Shown here piece by piece: positions 1 to 12,700 of a DNA stretch of 30,822 bases. Source of the DNA: Bugula neritina (Eukaryota; Animalia; Bryozoa); assembly GCA_964035545.1 (NCBI GenBank), contig CAXIUT010000129.1, forward strand, positions 1 through 30,822, in the 5' to 3' direction. Within the stretch, counting starts at the first letter, position 1; every line of letters begins with the position of its first letter. A model generated the notes under the pieces. The model had not been told where the DNA came from. It worked only from the letters and a program-made list of their open reading frames with translations, and did no database searches. The position numbers and the translations under genes are program-made.

Positions 1-92
1 CCCAACCCCAACCCCAACCCAACCCCAACCCCAACCCCAACCCCAACCCCAACCCCAACCCCAACCCCAACCCCAACCCCAACCCCAACCCC
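1..92 (+). repeat. Left telomere, (CCCCAA)n
   Basis: Perfect C4A2 hexamer run from base 1, ending CCCC|ttatac; this is the Tetrahymena-type ciliate macronuclear telomere repeat. Confidence 0.98.
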
Positions 93-783
93 TTATACTA
101 CTGTTATACTATTCTATCAAAACAATATTTAAAAAATGTGCTTTCAAAAATCATATAGAATTTATTTTATCAAAAATAATCAATGCTTTAAATGCTTAAT
201 TTGAATGAGATAAATCACTAAACTTCCATCTTCTTTGATAAATAACCTTTAAACGTTAAGATTTTATTTAAATTTTTGCCAACGATCGTGTTTCATCCAT
301 AACTTGCAATATCATTCATTATTAAATTAATAATACTCTTTTTTTTAACTTTTCTTTTTCAGAATATTTTTTAAGATAGTTTTGATGCTTTTCGAATTAA
401 TTTAAAGTTTTTTGTTTCATGATATTTATCAAGATGTTGACTCTAAATAAAAATAAAACATGATGATTGATATTTATAGTTCATCAACTAATATCAAAAT
501 AATCTAATATTAATTCAATTTAAATTTTCGAAGTGTTTTGAGGCCTTGTAGAGAATTTAAAGGTTAAGGAGTTAAGTTTGAATAATTCAAGAATAATTTA
601 AATTTAAATTTTCAACAAAAATCATATTAAACGAACCTTATTGACTCGGTATTATCTGATTTGCTATCTAAATAACTTACATATTTTTTAAATAGTCTCC
701 CAGTAAATGTTGAGCCTTTTTTAAATCGGTTTGATAAACTTCAATCTATATTCTTTCAAATTCTTAACTATATTCAAACTAAC

Positions 784-3700
784 ATGTCCAGCCTAAAGCT
801 ACTATTGGTTCTAGCTCTTATGCTAGCCTCCATGAACGCCCTAGATGTTGGTGAGTGTGTCTAAAGACACAGTGATGGGTGGAGCTGCCTTAAGTGCAGG
901 GATCACTATCATCTCTTTGAGGGTAAATGTTACATTGATATCCTTGGATGCACCGAATACCATGATGGTGCCATCTGCAAGCAGTGTTAATCTGACTACA
1001 TGCTTGTGAACAATCTTTGTTGTGACCCTGTCTGCCTATCAAAGATATTCAGTTCAAACAAAGAAGGACTCATCAAAAAAGATTATTCAGATAAGTCTCA
1101 AGCACTTTCAGTTGTCCTCCCCTTCATCTAAAATGACTGTCTAAACGGAAGTACATATAAATTAGAAACTATCCACTCTGTTGAATATTAACACGAAGTC
1201 CGTTATAAACTTCTCTATCAGGTTATCAACTCATATGAAGGATCTTACATTTCAAAGAGAGCTATTGTTGATTACCACAAGAATACAAAGAAACCATGCA
1301 AAATTGATTGGAGTGAAGTCACAAAGGAAAGAAACTACGGAAAAATTGAAAAACAAAATTTAAATAAAAAATAAAATAAAGATGTACTAGCTTTATTCCC
1401 TGAGCTTTATTCTAGCTCTGAATAATCTAATTCCTATTCAATTCAAAAACACCTTGTAAATGAAGTCGAATAATACAGAATTGTTTTCAAAAACAAGGCA
1501 ATGAATAAAATTTAGTGGAAAATTGTTTATCGTTGCTCAGGAAAACTAGTTGTTTTAAAATAAGGAACTAGACCTATGAAAGGATTTTAAGCTTATAGAA
1601 AAGTATACAAAAACTTAACTGAATTAGCTACTGCTTAGAAAAATGATAAAAAATTAAAAGGAGCAGTTTCTCATGCTATTAGTCTTCCCTCTATGATAGA
1701 GTGTGTATGCACTATTAGAAAAGTCGTTGAATCAGCTAAAAAGGCTTCACTTATTACCTATAGGTTTGTTGCTGAAAATAGTACTCATATTCTCAAGATT
1801 GTGATTCAATTTTCAAGTTCGAAGAAAAAATATACAGTTGTTGATGAAGAATTCAAAAAGAAATAGCCTGATTCTCCTACTCCGATAATTATTCCTTGTA
1901 CTACTGATATTATTGATGAAGAAGATGGTGAATAAACTGAAGTTTTGTAATATCCTCCTGAAGATACTCATAAAGATAAATTCAGAAAGAAAGCTGAAGA
2001 ATATATCAAGGAATTAGAAAAAGTTATTGATTCTGAAAGACAAGAAGAAGTTTCTTATGTTCGTTCTCTTCTTGAAAAAAGACCAAAATCTATGTCAATG
2101 AATAGAAACTGTAAATACAAATAAATAACTATCAAGTATAAACTTTAAAATATTTTTACTTTTATCTATTTCTTGGAAGAAAAGAATACTAAAGAAATTA
2201 AATATGTTGGATATACCAATTCTTCTGATGCTAAAGATCAAAAAATCAATACTAAAATAGACTTTGAGCCTTAGTAGTTTAAATAAATCTTCGGATATAG
2301 AGCTCCCTTTTCTAAAACTTCAATCAAAAAGGTCAAGCTTAGATAAAACTCAGTCTACAAAAGAAAAACTATTGTTGTGAAAGCTGATGGAAATAAAGTA
2401 AACAGGTATCACATGTACTTCAACAAAATGGCTGCTTCTGGAAAAGTTGAAAAACTTGTTAATTTTGTCTGCAGAGGCAATAATGGAGAACATAAACATA
2501 AATAAAGTTGGTCTGATATATTAGGAGTTCAAGGAGTTCGATCTGATGATATCTAAGACGTCACCAGCAAAGATGAAATTGCTGTTTAAGTTATAAAGTT
2601 CTGTAGAGCTAGTAACGTTATCCTTGAGAAATATCTTGTTGTCGAAATTAAACTTACACAATATGAATTAAAACTTGAATATGTTATTATTTTCATGAGA
2701 GAAAAAACTGAAAAAGCTATTGCTGTTGTTGTTCATGATAAAAAAGATCATTCTAATGTTTTAGTAACTGTCGACTTCCTTTCTCTCAAGGAATTTAAAC
2801 AATTTAATAAAACCTAAAGCACATAACTTATCAAACCAAATAGACTTTCTAAAGAAATATTTACCAATCAAGTTGTAACTAAAGTTCTTGAAAAAACTAA
2901 ATAAATACAAAAACCTCAAATAAAAGGATGTATTAGAGGTAGTGAAGCTCCAAATGCTGAGAAAAATATCATTCTTGTTAAAGATTAATAAAAATCATTC
3001 TGGATGGTCATCTGTATTACATCTAGAATCGATACATCGAGCTCAGTTGAACCAATTATCTAAGAAGTGACTGAAATTGATGAACAAATTGTAAAAACTA
3101 TCCTGAAAAAAGGATAAGATCCTTCGAAATAAATTCAAGAAGAAATCTAAGAGCCATAAAGAGTAACATGTGGTACTATTTACAATGGTGGAGCTTATCA
3201 AAATGATCAAAATGTTAAAGAAGAGAAATTAAATAAATAAATGAAAGAATTTCTTAAGTTTATCAAAAGCAAGTAAAATAAAGACAAGCTACCTGGAAAA
3301 CTTTTCAATATTGAACAACATTCTGATGGAGTTGTAAATGAATTCTCATTTAATTTCATTCAAGAAGATGGTAGCTATCACAGATACTTTGTAATTAAAA
3401 AACTACCAAAAGGATAAAAACATGAGATTTTATTTTATATGGGATCAGATATAACGACTTTAAATCCTGAAAAAAATCTATATTTTACACCAACTGATCC
3501 AGTTGAAATCAATAAAGCCTCTGAATAACATCAAAATACCATTAAATTAGTTAACTAAGAAGAGAAAAAAACTTATAGTCAATAAACAAAAGCTGAAACT
3601 TGGACAAGAAAATATCCATTGGGTAACAACTATCATGTGACATATTTAGTTGAGACTTCACATGAAGCAGCAGTATATATAATTAAGCTAAATTCAAAAA

Positions 3701-6700
3701 GGAAAATTATTTAATATATCTAAACGAATAATGAAAATATTAAAGAAATCATACCAGTTATTTCTGTTTGTGTAGGATAAAATAAAAATTAAAATATAGG
3801 TATAAGCACTTGTGAAAAAATAGATGAAAAAATTTAATAAGAATAATCTTTAAATTAAAAGGAATAAGAATAAGAACTTTCTGAATAAAAACCTTCTGAA
3901 TAAGGATAAAAACCTTCAAAACCTGAAATTACTTAGCCAGTTAAGCCAGTAGACAAATCATGTGCTAATATTGTTGTTAATGGAGGTTTCCAAAGACCTA
4001 ACACTAAAAATAATTGGAATAAATTCGATAAAATTCCAGGATGGAAAGGAGAAGGAATTGAAATTGGTCAAGGAAAATTCTACAATAAAGGATGGAAAAG
4101 TCAAGTTTGTGAACTCGATAGTCACAAAAATTATGCTATTAGTCAAAAATGGAACTTCGATAGTGACTACCAACTCAAGGATAGCAAGAATAAGCTTTCC
4201 CCTGCTCCAATCCTATCTAACAAGTTTATTATAACACTTAACTATGCCTGTAGATAAAATGTCAAATTAAGTTCATGCAAGGGTGTATTGACTTGGAATG
4301 GTAAATAATATCAAATCAATCCTGATAATCATGCTGTTAAAAAATTCAAAGTCTAAGTTTAAGTCAAGTAAGGACAAAACACACTATAACTCAAAGGATC
4401 AGGCTAAAGTGATTATGTTGGTCTCACAATTGATAATGTCAAAATGAGAAGAGTATGCCCAAAAGAAAAAGAAGAAGAATTATCTTAAGGAGTTATTGTC
4501 ACCACTGAAGGATAAGAACCTTCTACATAAGAAATTTCTGAAAAAGAATAAGAACCTTCTGGATAAAAACCTTCTGAATAAGGATAAAAACCTTCTGGAT
4601 AAAAACCTTCTGAATAAGGATAAAAACCTTCTGGATAAAAACCTTCTGAATAAGGATAAAAACCTTCTGGATAAAAACCTTCAAAACCTGAAATTTCTTA
4701 GCCAGTTAAACCAGTAGACAAATCATGCGCTAATATTGTTGTTAATGGAGGTTTCCAAAGACCTAACACCAAAAAGAGTTGGGGTAAATTTGATAAAGTT
4801 CCAGGATGGAAAGGAAAAGGAATTGAAATTGGTTTTGGAACAATCTACAATAAAGGATGGAAAAGTCAAGTTTGTGAACTCGATAGTCACAAAAATTATG
4901 CTATTAGTCAAAAATGGAACTTCGATAGTGACTACCAACTCAAGGATAGCAAGAATAAGCTTTCCCCTGCTCCAATCCTATCTAACAAGTTTATTATAAC
5001 ACTTAACTATGCCTGTAGATAAAATGTCAAATTAAGTTCATGCAAGGGTGTATTGACTTGGAATGGTAAATAATATCAAATCAATCCTGATAATCATGCT
5101 GTTAAAAAATTCAAAGTCTAAGTTTAAGTCAAGTAAGGACAAAACACACTATAACTCAAAGGATCAGGCTAAAGTGATAAACTTGGTCTCACAATTGATA
5201 ATGTCAGAATGAGAAGAGTATGCCCAAAAGAAAAAGAAGAAGAATTATCTTAAGGAGTTATTATCACCACTGAAGGATAAGAACCTTCTACATAAGAAAT
5301 TTCTGAAAAAGAATAAGAACCTTCTGGATAAAAACCTTCTGAATAAGGATAAAAACCTTCTGGATAAAAACCTTCTGAATAAGGATAAAAACCTTCTGGA
5401 TAAAAACCTTCTGAATAAGGATAAAAACCTTCTAGATAAAAACCTTCAAAACCTGAAATTTCTTAGCCAGTTAAGCCAGTAGACAAATCATGCGCTAATA
5501 TTGTTGTTAATGGAGGTTTCCAAAGACCTAACACCAAAAAGAGTTGGGGTAAATTTGATAAAGTTCCAGGATGGAAAGGAAAAGGAATTGAAATTGGTTT
5601 TGGAACAATCTACAATAAAGGATGGAAAAGTCAAGTTTGTGAACTCGATAGTCACAAAAATTATGCTATTAGTCAAAAATGGAACTTCGATAGTGACTAC
5701 CAACTCAAGGATAGCAAGAATAAGCTTTCCCCTGCTCCAATCCTATCTAACAAGTTTATTATAACACTTAACTATGCCTGTAGATAAAATGTCAAATTAA
5801 GTTCATGCAAGGGTGTATTGACTTGGAATGGTAAATAATATCAAATCAATCCTGATAATCATGCTGTTAAAAAATTCAAAGTCTAAGTTTAAGTCAAGTA
5901 AGGACAAAACACACTATAACTCAAAGGATCAGGCTAAAGTGATAAACTTGGTCTCACAATTGATAATGTCAGAATGAGAAGAGTATGCCCAAAAGAAAAA
6001 GAAGAAGAATTATCTTAAGGAGTTATTATCACCACTGAAGGATAAGAACCTTCTACATAAGAAATTTCTGAAAAAGAATAAGAACCTTCTGGATAAAAAC
6101 CTTCTGAATAAGGATAAAAACCTTCTGGATAAAAACCTTCTGAATAAGGATAAAAACCTTCTGGATAAAAACCTTCTGAATAAGGATAAAAACCTTCTAG
6201 ATAAAAACCTTCAAAACCTGAAATTTCTTAGCCAGTTAAGCCAGTAGACAAATCATGCGCTAATATTGTTGTTAATGGAGGTTTCCAAAGACCTAACACC
6301 AAAAAGAGTTGGGGTAAATTTGATAAAGTTCCAGGATGGAAAGGAAAAGGAATTGAAATTGGTTTTGGAACAATCTACAATAAAGGATGGAAAAGTCAAG
6401 TTTGTGAACTCGATAGTCACAAAAATTATGCTATTAGTCAAAAATGGAACTTCGATAGTGACTACCAACTCAAGGATAGCAAGAATAAGCTTTCCCCTGC
6501 TCCAATCCTATCTAACAAGTTTATTATAACACTTAACTATGCCTGTAGATAAAATGTCAAATTAAGTTCATGCAAGGGTGTATTGACTTGGAATGGTAAA
6601 TAATATCAAATCAATCCTGATAATCATGCTGTTAAAAAATTCAAAGTCTAAGTTTAAGTCAAGTAAGGACAAAACACACTATAACTCAAAGGATCAGGCT

Positions 6701-9700
6701 AAAGTGATAAACTTGGTCTCACAATTGATAATGTCAGAATGAGAAGAGTATGCCCAAAAGAAAAAGAAGAAGAATTATCTTAAGGAGTTATTATCACCAC
6801 TGAAGGATAAGAACCTTCTACATAAGAAATTTCTGAAAAAGAATAAGAACCTTCTGGATAAAAACCTTCTGAATAAGGATAAAAACCTTCTGGATAAAAA
6901 CCTTCTGAATAAGGATAAAAACCTTCTGGATAAAAACCTTCTGAATAAGGATAAAAACCTTCTAGATAAAAACCTTCAAAACCTGAAATTTCTTAGCCAG
7001 TTAAGCCAGTAGACAAATCATGCGCTAATATTGTTGTTAATGGAGGTTTCCAAAGACCTAACACCAAAAAGAGTTGGGGTAAATTTGATAAAGTTCCAGG
7101 ATGGAAAGGAAAAGGAATTGAAATTGGTTTTGGAACAATCTACAATAAAGGATGGAAAAGTCAAGTTTGTGAACTCGATAGTCACAAAAATTATGCTATT
7201 AGTCAAAAATGGAACTTCGATAGTGACTACCAACTCAAGGATAGCAAGAATAAGCTTTCCCCTGCTCCAATCCTATCTAACAAGTTTATTATAACACTTA
7301 ACTATGCCTGTAGATAAAATGTCAAATTAAGTTCATGCAAGGGTGTATTGACTTGGAATGGTAAATAATATCAAATCAATCCTGATAATCATGCTGTTAA
7401 AAAATTCAAAGTCTAAGTTTAAGTCAAGTAAGGACAAAACACACTATAACTCAAAGGATCAGGCTAAAGTGATAAACTTGGTCTCACAATTGATAATGTC
7501 AGAATGAGAAGAGTATGCCCAAAAGAAAAAGAAGAAGAATTATCTTAAGGAGTTATTATCACCACTGAAGGATAAGAACCTTCTACATAAGAAATTTCTG
7601 AAAAAGAATAAGAACCTTCTGGATAAAAACCTTCTGAATAAGGATAAAAACCTTCTGGATAAAAACCTTCTGAATAAGGATAAAAACCTTCTGGATAAAA
7701 ACCTTCTGAATAAGGATAAAAACCTTCTGGATAAAAACCTTCAAAACCTGAAATTTCTTAGCCAGTTAAACCAGTAGACAAATCATGCGCTAATATTGTT
7801 GTTAATGGAGGTTTCCAAAGACCTAACACCAAAAAGAGTTGGGGTAAATTTGATAAAGTTCCAGGATGGAAAGGAAAAGGAATTGAAATTGGTTTTGGAA
7901 CAATCTACAATAAAGGATGGAAAAGTCAAGTTTGTGAACTCGATAGTCACAAAAATTATGCTATTAGTCAAAAATGGAACTTCGATAGTGACTACCAACT
8001 CAAGGATAGCAAGAATAAGCTTTCCCCTGCTCCAATCCTATCTAACAAGTTTATTATAACACTTAACTATGCCTGTAGATAAAATGTCAAATTAAGTTCA
8101 TGCAAGGGTGTATTGACTTGGAATGGTAAATAATATCAAATCAATCCTGATAATCATGCTGTTAAAAAATTCAAAGTCTAAGTTTAAGTCAAGTAAGGAC
8201 AAAACACACTATAACTCAAAGGATCAGGCTAAAGTGATAAACTTGGTCTCACAATTGATAATGTCAGAATGAGAAGAGTATGCCCAAAAGAAAAAGAAGA
8301 AGAATTATCTTAAGGAGTTATTATCACCACTGAAGGATAAGAACCTTCTACATAAGAAATTTCTGAAAAAGAATAAGAACCTTCTGGATAAAAACCTTCT
8401 GAATAAGGATAAAAACCTTCTGGATAAAAACCTTCTGAATAAGGATAAAAACCTTCTGGATAAAAACCTTCTGAATAAGGATAAAAACCTTCTGGATAAA
8501 AACCTTCAAAACCTGAAATTTCTTAGCCAGTTAAGCCAGTAGACAAATCATGCGCTAATATTGTTGTTAATGGAGGTTTCCAAAGACCTAACACCAAAAA
8601 GAGTTGGGGTAAATTTGATAAAGTTCCAGGATGGAAAGGAAAAGGAATTGAAATTGGTTTTGGAACAATCTACAATAAAGGATGGAAAAGTCAAGTTTGT
8701 GAACTCGATAGTCACAAAAATTATGCTATTAGTCAAAAATGGAACTTCGATAGTGACTACCAACTCAAGGATAGCAAGAATAAGCTTTCCCCTGCTCCAA
8801 TCCTATCTAACAAGTTTATTATAACACTTAACTATGCCTGTAGATAAAATGTCAAATTAAGTTCATGCAAGGGTGTATTGACTTGGAATGGTAAATAATA
8901 TCAAATCAATCCTGATAATCATGCTGTTAAAAAATTCAAAGTCTAAGTTTAAGTCAAGTAAGGACAAAACACACTATAACTCAAAGGATCAGGCTAAAGT
9001 GATAAACTTGGTCTCACAATTGATAATGTCAGAATGAGAAGAGTATGCCCAAAAGAAAAAGAAGAAGAATTATCTTAAGGAGTTATTATCACCACTGAAG
9101 GATAAGAACCTTCTACATAAGAAATTTCTGAAAAAGAATAAGAACCTTCTGGATAAAAACCTTCTGAATAAGGATAAAAAACTTCTGGATAAAAACCTTC
9201 TGAATAAGGATAAAAACCTTCTGGATAAAAACCTTCTGAATAAGGATAAAAACCTTCTAGATAAAAACCTTCAAAACCTGAAATTTCTTAGCCAGTTAAG
9301 CCAGTAGACAAATCATGCGCTAATATTGTTGTTAATGGAGGTTTCCAAAGACCTAACACCAAAAAGAGTTGGGGTAAATTTGATAAAGTTCCAGGATGGA
9401 AAGGAAAAGGAATTGAAATTGGTTTTGGAACAATCTACAATAAAGGATGGAAAAGTCAAGTTTGTGAACTCGATAGTCACAAAAATTATGCTATTAGTCA
9501 AAAATGGAACTTCGATAGTGACTACCAACTCAAGGATAGCAAGAATAAGCTTTCCCCTGCTCCAATCCTATCTAACAAGTTTATTATAACACTTAACTAT
9601 GCCTGTAGATAAAATGTCAAATTAAGTTCATGCAAGGGTGTATTGACTTGGAATGGTAAATAATATCAAATCAATCCTGATAATCATGCTGTTAAAAAAT

Positions 9701-12700
9701 TCAAAGTCTAAGTTTAAGTCAAGTAAGGACAAAACACACTATAACTCAAAGGATCAGGCTAAAGTGATAAACTTGGTCTCACAATTGATAATGTCAGAAT
9801 GAGAAGAGTATGCCCAAAAGAAAAAGAAGAAGAATTATCTTAAGGAGTTATTATCACCACTGAAGGATAAGAACCTTCTACATAAGAAATTTCTGAAAAA
9901 GAATAAGAACCTTCTGGATAAAAACCTTCTGAATAAGGATAAAAACCTTCTGGATAAAAACCTTCTGAATAAGGATAAAAACCTTCTGGATAAAAACCTT
10001 CTGAATAAGGATAAAAACCTTCTGGATAAAAACCTTCAAAACCTGAAATTTCTTAGCCAGTTAAGCCAGTAGACAAATCATGCGCTAATATTGTTGTTAA
10101 TGGAGGTTTCCAAAGACCTAACACCAAAAAGAGTTGGGGTAAATTTGATAAAGTTCCAGGATGGAAAGGAAAAGGAATTGAAATTGGTTTTGGAACAATC
10201 TACAATAAAGGATGGAAAAGTCAAGTTTGTGAACTCGATAGTCACAAAAATTATGCTATTAGTCAAAAATGGAACTTCGATAGTGACTACCAACTCAAGG
10301 ATAGCAAGAATAAGCTTTCCCCTGCTCCAATCCTATCTAACAAGTTTATTATAACACTTAACTATGCCTGTAGATAAAATGTCAAATTAAGTTCATGCAA
10401 GGGTGTATTGACTTGGAATGGTAAATAATATCAAATCAATCCTGATAATCATGCTGTTAAAAAATTCAAAGTCTAAGTTTAAGTCAAGTAAGGACAAAAC
10501 ACACTATAACTCAAAGGATCAGGCTAAAGTGATAAACTTGGTCTCACAATTGATAATGTCAGAATGAGAAGAGTATGCCCAAAAGAAAAAGAAGAAGAAT
10601 TATCTTAAGGAGTTATTATCACCACTGAAGGATAAGAACCTCTACATAGAAATTTCTGAAAAAGAATAAGACCTTCTGGATAAAAACCTTCTGAATAAGG
10701 ATAAAAACCTTCTGGATAAAAACCTTCTGAATAAGGATAAAAACCTTCTGGATAAAAACCTTCTGAATAAGGATAAAAACCTTCTGGATAAAAACCTTCA
10801 AAACCTGAAATTTCTTAGCCAGTTAAGCCAGTAGACAAATCATGCGCTAATATTGTTGTTAATGGAGGTTTCCAAAGACCTAACACCAAAAAGAGTTGGG
10901 GTAAATTTGATAAAGTTCCAGGATGGAAAGGAAAAGGAATTGAAATTGGTTTTGGAACAATCTACAATAAAGGATGGAAAAGTCAAGTTTGTGAACTCGA
11001 TAGTCACAAAAATTATGCTATTAGTCAAAAATGGAACTTCGATAGTGACTACCAACTCAAGGATAGCAAGAATAAGCTTTCCCCTGCTCCAATCCTATCT
11101 AACAAGTTTATTATAACACTTAACTATGCCTGTAGATAAAATGTCAAATTAAGTTCATGCAAGGGTGTATTGACTTGGAATGGTAAATATATCAAATCAA
11201 TCCTGATAATCATGCTGTTAAAAAATTCAAAGTCTAAGTTTAAGTCAAGTAAGGACAAAACACACTATAACTCAAAGGATCAGGCTAAAGTGATAAACTT
11301 GGTCTCACAATTGATAATGTCAGAATGAGAAGAGTATGCCCAAAAGAAAAAGAAGAAGAATTATCTTAAGGAGTTATTATCACCACTGAAGGATAAGAAC
11401 CTTCTACATAAGAAATTTCTGAAAAAGAATAAGAACCTTCTGGATAAAAACCTTCTGAATAAGGATAAAAACCTTCTGGATAAAAACCTTCTGAATAAGG
11501 ATAAAAACCTTCTGGATAAAAACCTTCTGAATAAGGATAAAAACCTTCTGGATAAAAACCTTCTGAATAAGGATAAAAACCTTCTGGATAAAAACCTTCA
11601 AAACCTGAAATTTCTTAGCCAGTTAAACCAGTAGACAAATCATGCGCTAATATTGTTGTTAATGGAGGTTTCCAAAGACCTAACACCAAAAAGAGTTGGG
11701 GTAAATTTAATAAAGTTCCAGGATGGAAAGGAAAAGGAATTGAAATTGGTTTTGGAACAATCTACAATAAAGGATGGAAAAGTCAAGTTTGTGAACTCGA
11801 TAGTCACAAAAATTATGCTATTAGTCAAAATGGAACTTCGATAGTGACTACCAACTCAAGGATAGCAAGAATAAGCTTTCCCCTGCTCCAATCCTATCTA
11901 ACAAGTTTATTATAACACTTAACTATGCCTGTAGATAAAATGTCAAATTAAGTTCATGCAAGGGTGTATTGACTTGGAATGGTAAATAATATCAAATCAA
12001 TCCTGATAATCATGCTGTTAAAAAATTCAAAGTCTAAGTTTAAGTCAAGTAAGGACAAAACACACTATAACTCAAAGGATCAGGCTAAAGTGATAAACTT
12101 GGTCTCACAATTGATAATGTCAGAATGAGAAGAGTATGCCCAAAAGAAAAAGAAGAAGAATTATCTTAAGGAGTTATTATCACCACTGAAGGATAAGAAC
12201 CTTCTACATAAGAAATTTCTGAAAAAGAATAAGAACCTTCTGGATAAAAACCTTCTGAATAAGGATAAAAACCTTCTGGATAAAAACCTTCTGAATAAGG
12301 ATAAAAACCTTCTGGATAAAAACCTTCTGAATAAGGATAAAAACCTTCTGGATAAAAACCTTCTGAATAAGGATAAAAACCTTCTGGATAAAAACCTTCA
12401 AAACCTGAAATTTCTTAGCCAGTTAAACCAGTAGACAAATCATGCGCTAATATTGTTGTTAATGGAGGTTTCCAAAGACCTAACACCAAAAAGAGTTGGG
12501 GTAAATTTAATAAAGTTCCAGGATGGAAAGGAAAAGGAATTGAAATTGGTTTTGGAACAATCTACAATAAAGGATGGAAAAGTCAAGTTTGTGAACTCGA
12601 TAGTCACAAAAATTATGCTATTAGTCAAAAATGGAACTTCGATAGTGACTACCAACTCAAGGATAGCAAGAATAAGCTTTCCCCTGCTCCAATCCTATCT

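Noticed and set aside
93-783. Gene or conserved chromosome-breakage motif in the left subtelomere (ttatacta x2 at 93-111; AATATT near ends)
   Set aside because: No convincing ORF; the motifs are short, AT-rich and not at a consistent distance from the three telomeres
10640-11830. Programmed ribosomal frameshifting or pseudogenisation of the giant gene
   Set aside because: The indels are sporadic run-shortening deletions absent from sister copies, and downstream sequence shows no decay; sequencing error is more parsimonious
4496-12401. KNLLDKNLLNKD and QKVFILIQKVFI repeat ORFs
   Set aside because: These are alternative-frame readings of the 36-bp PSGEKPSEEGEK linker repeat
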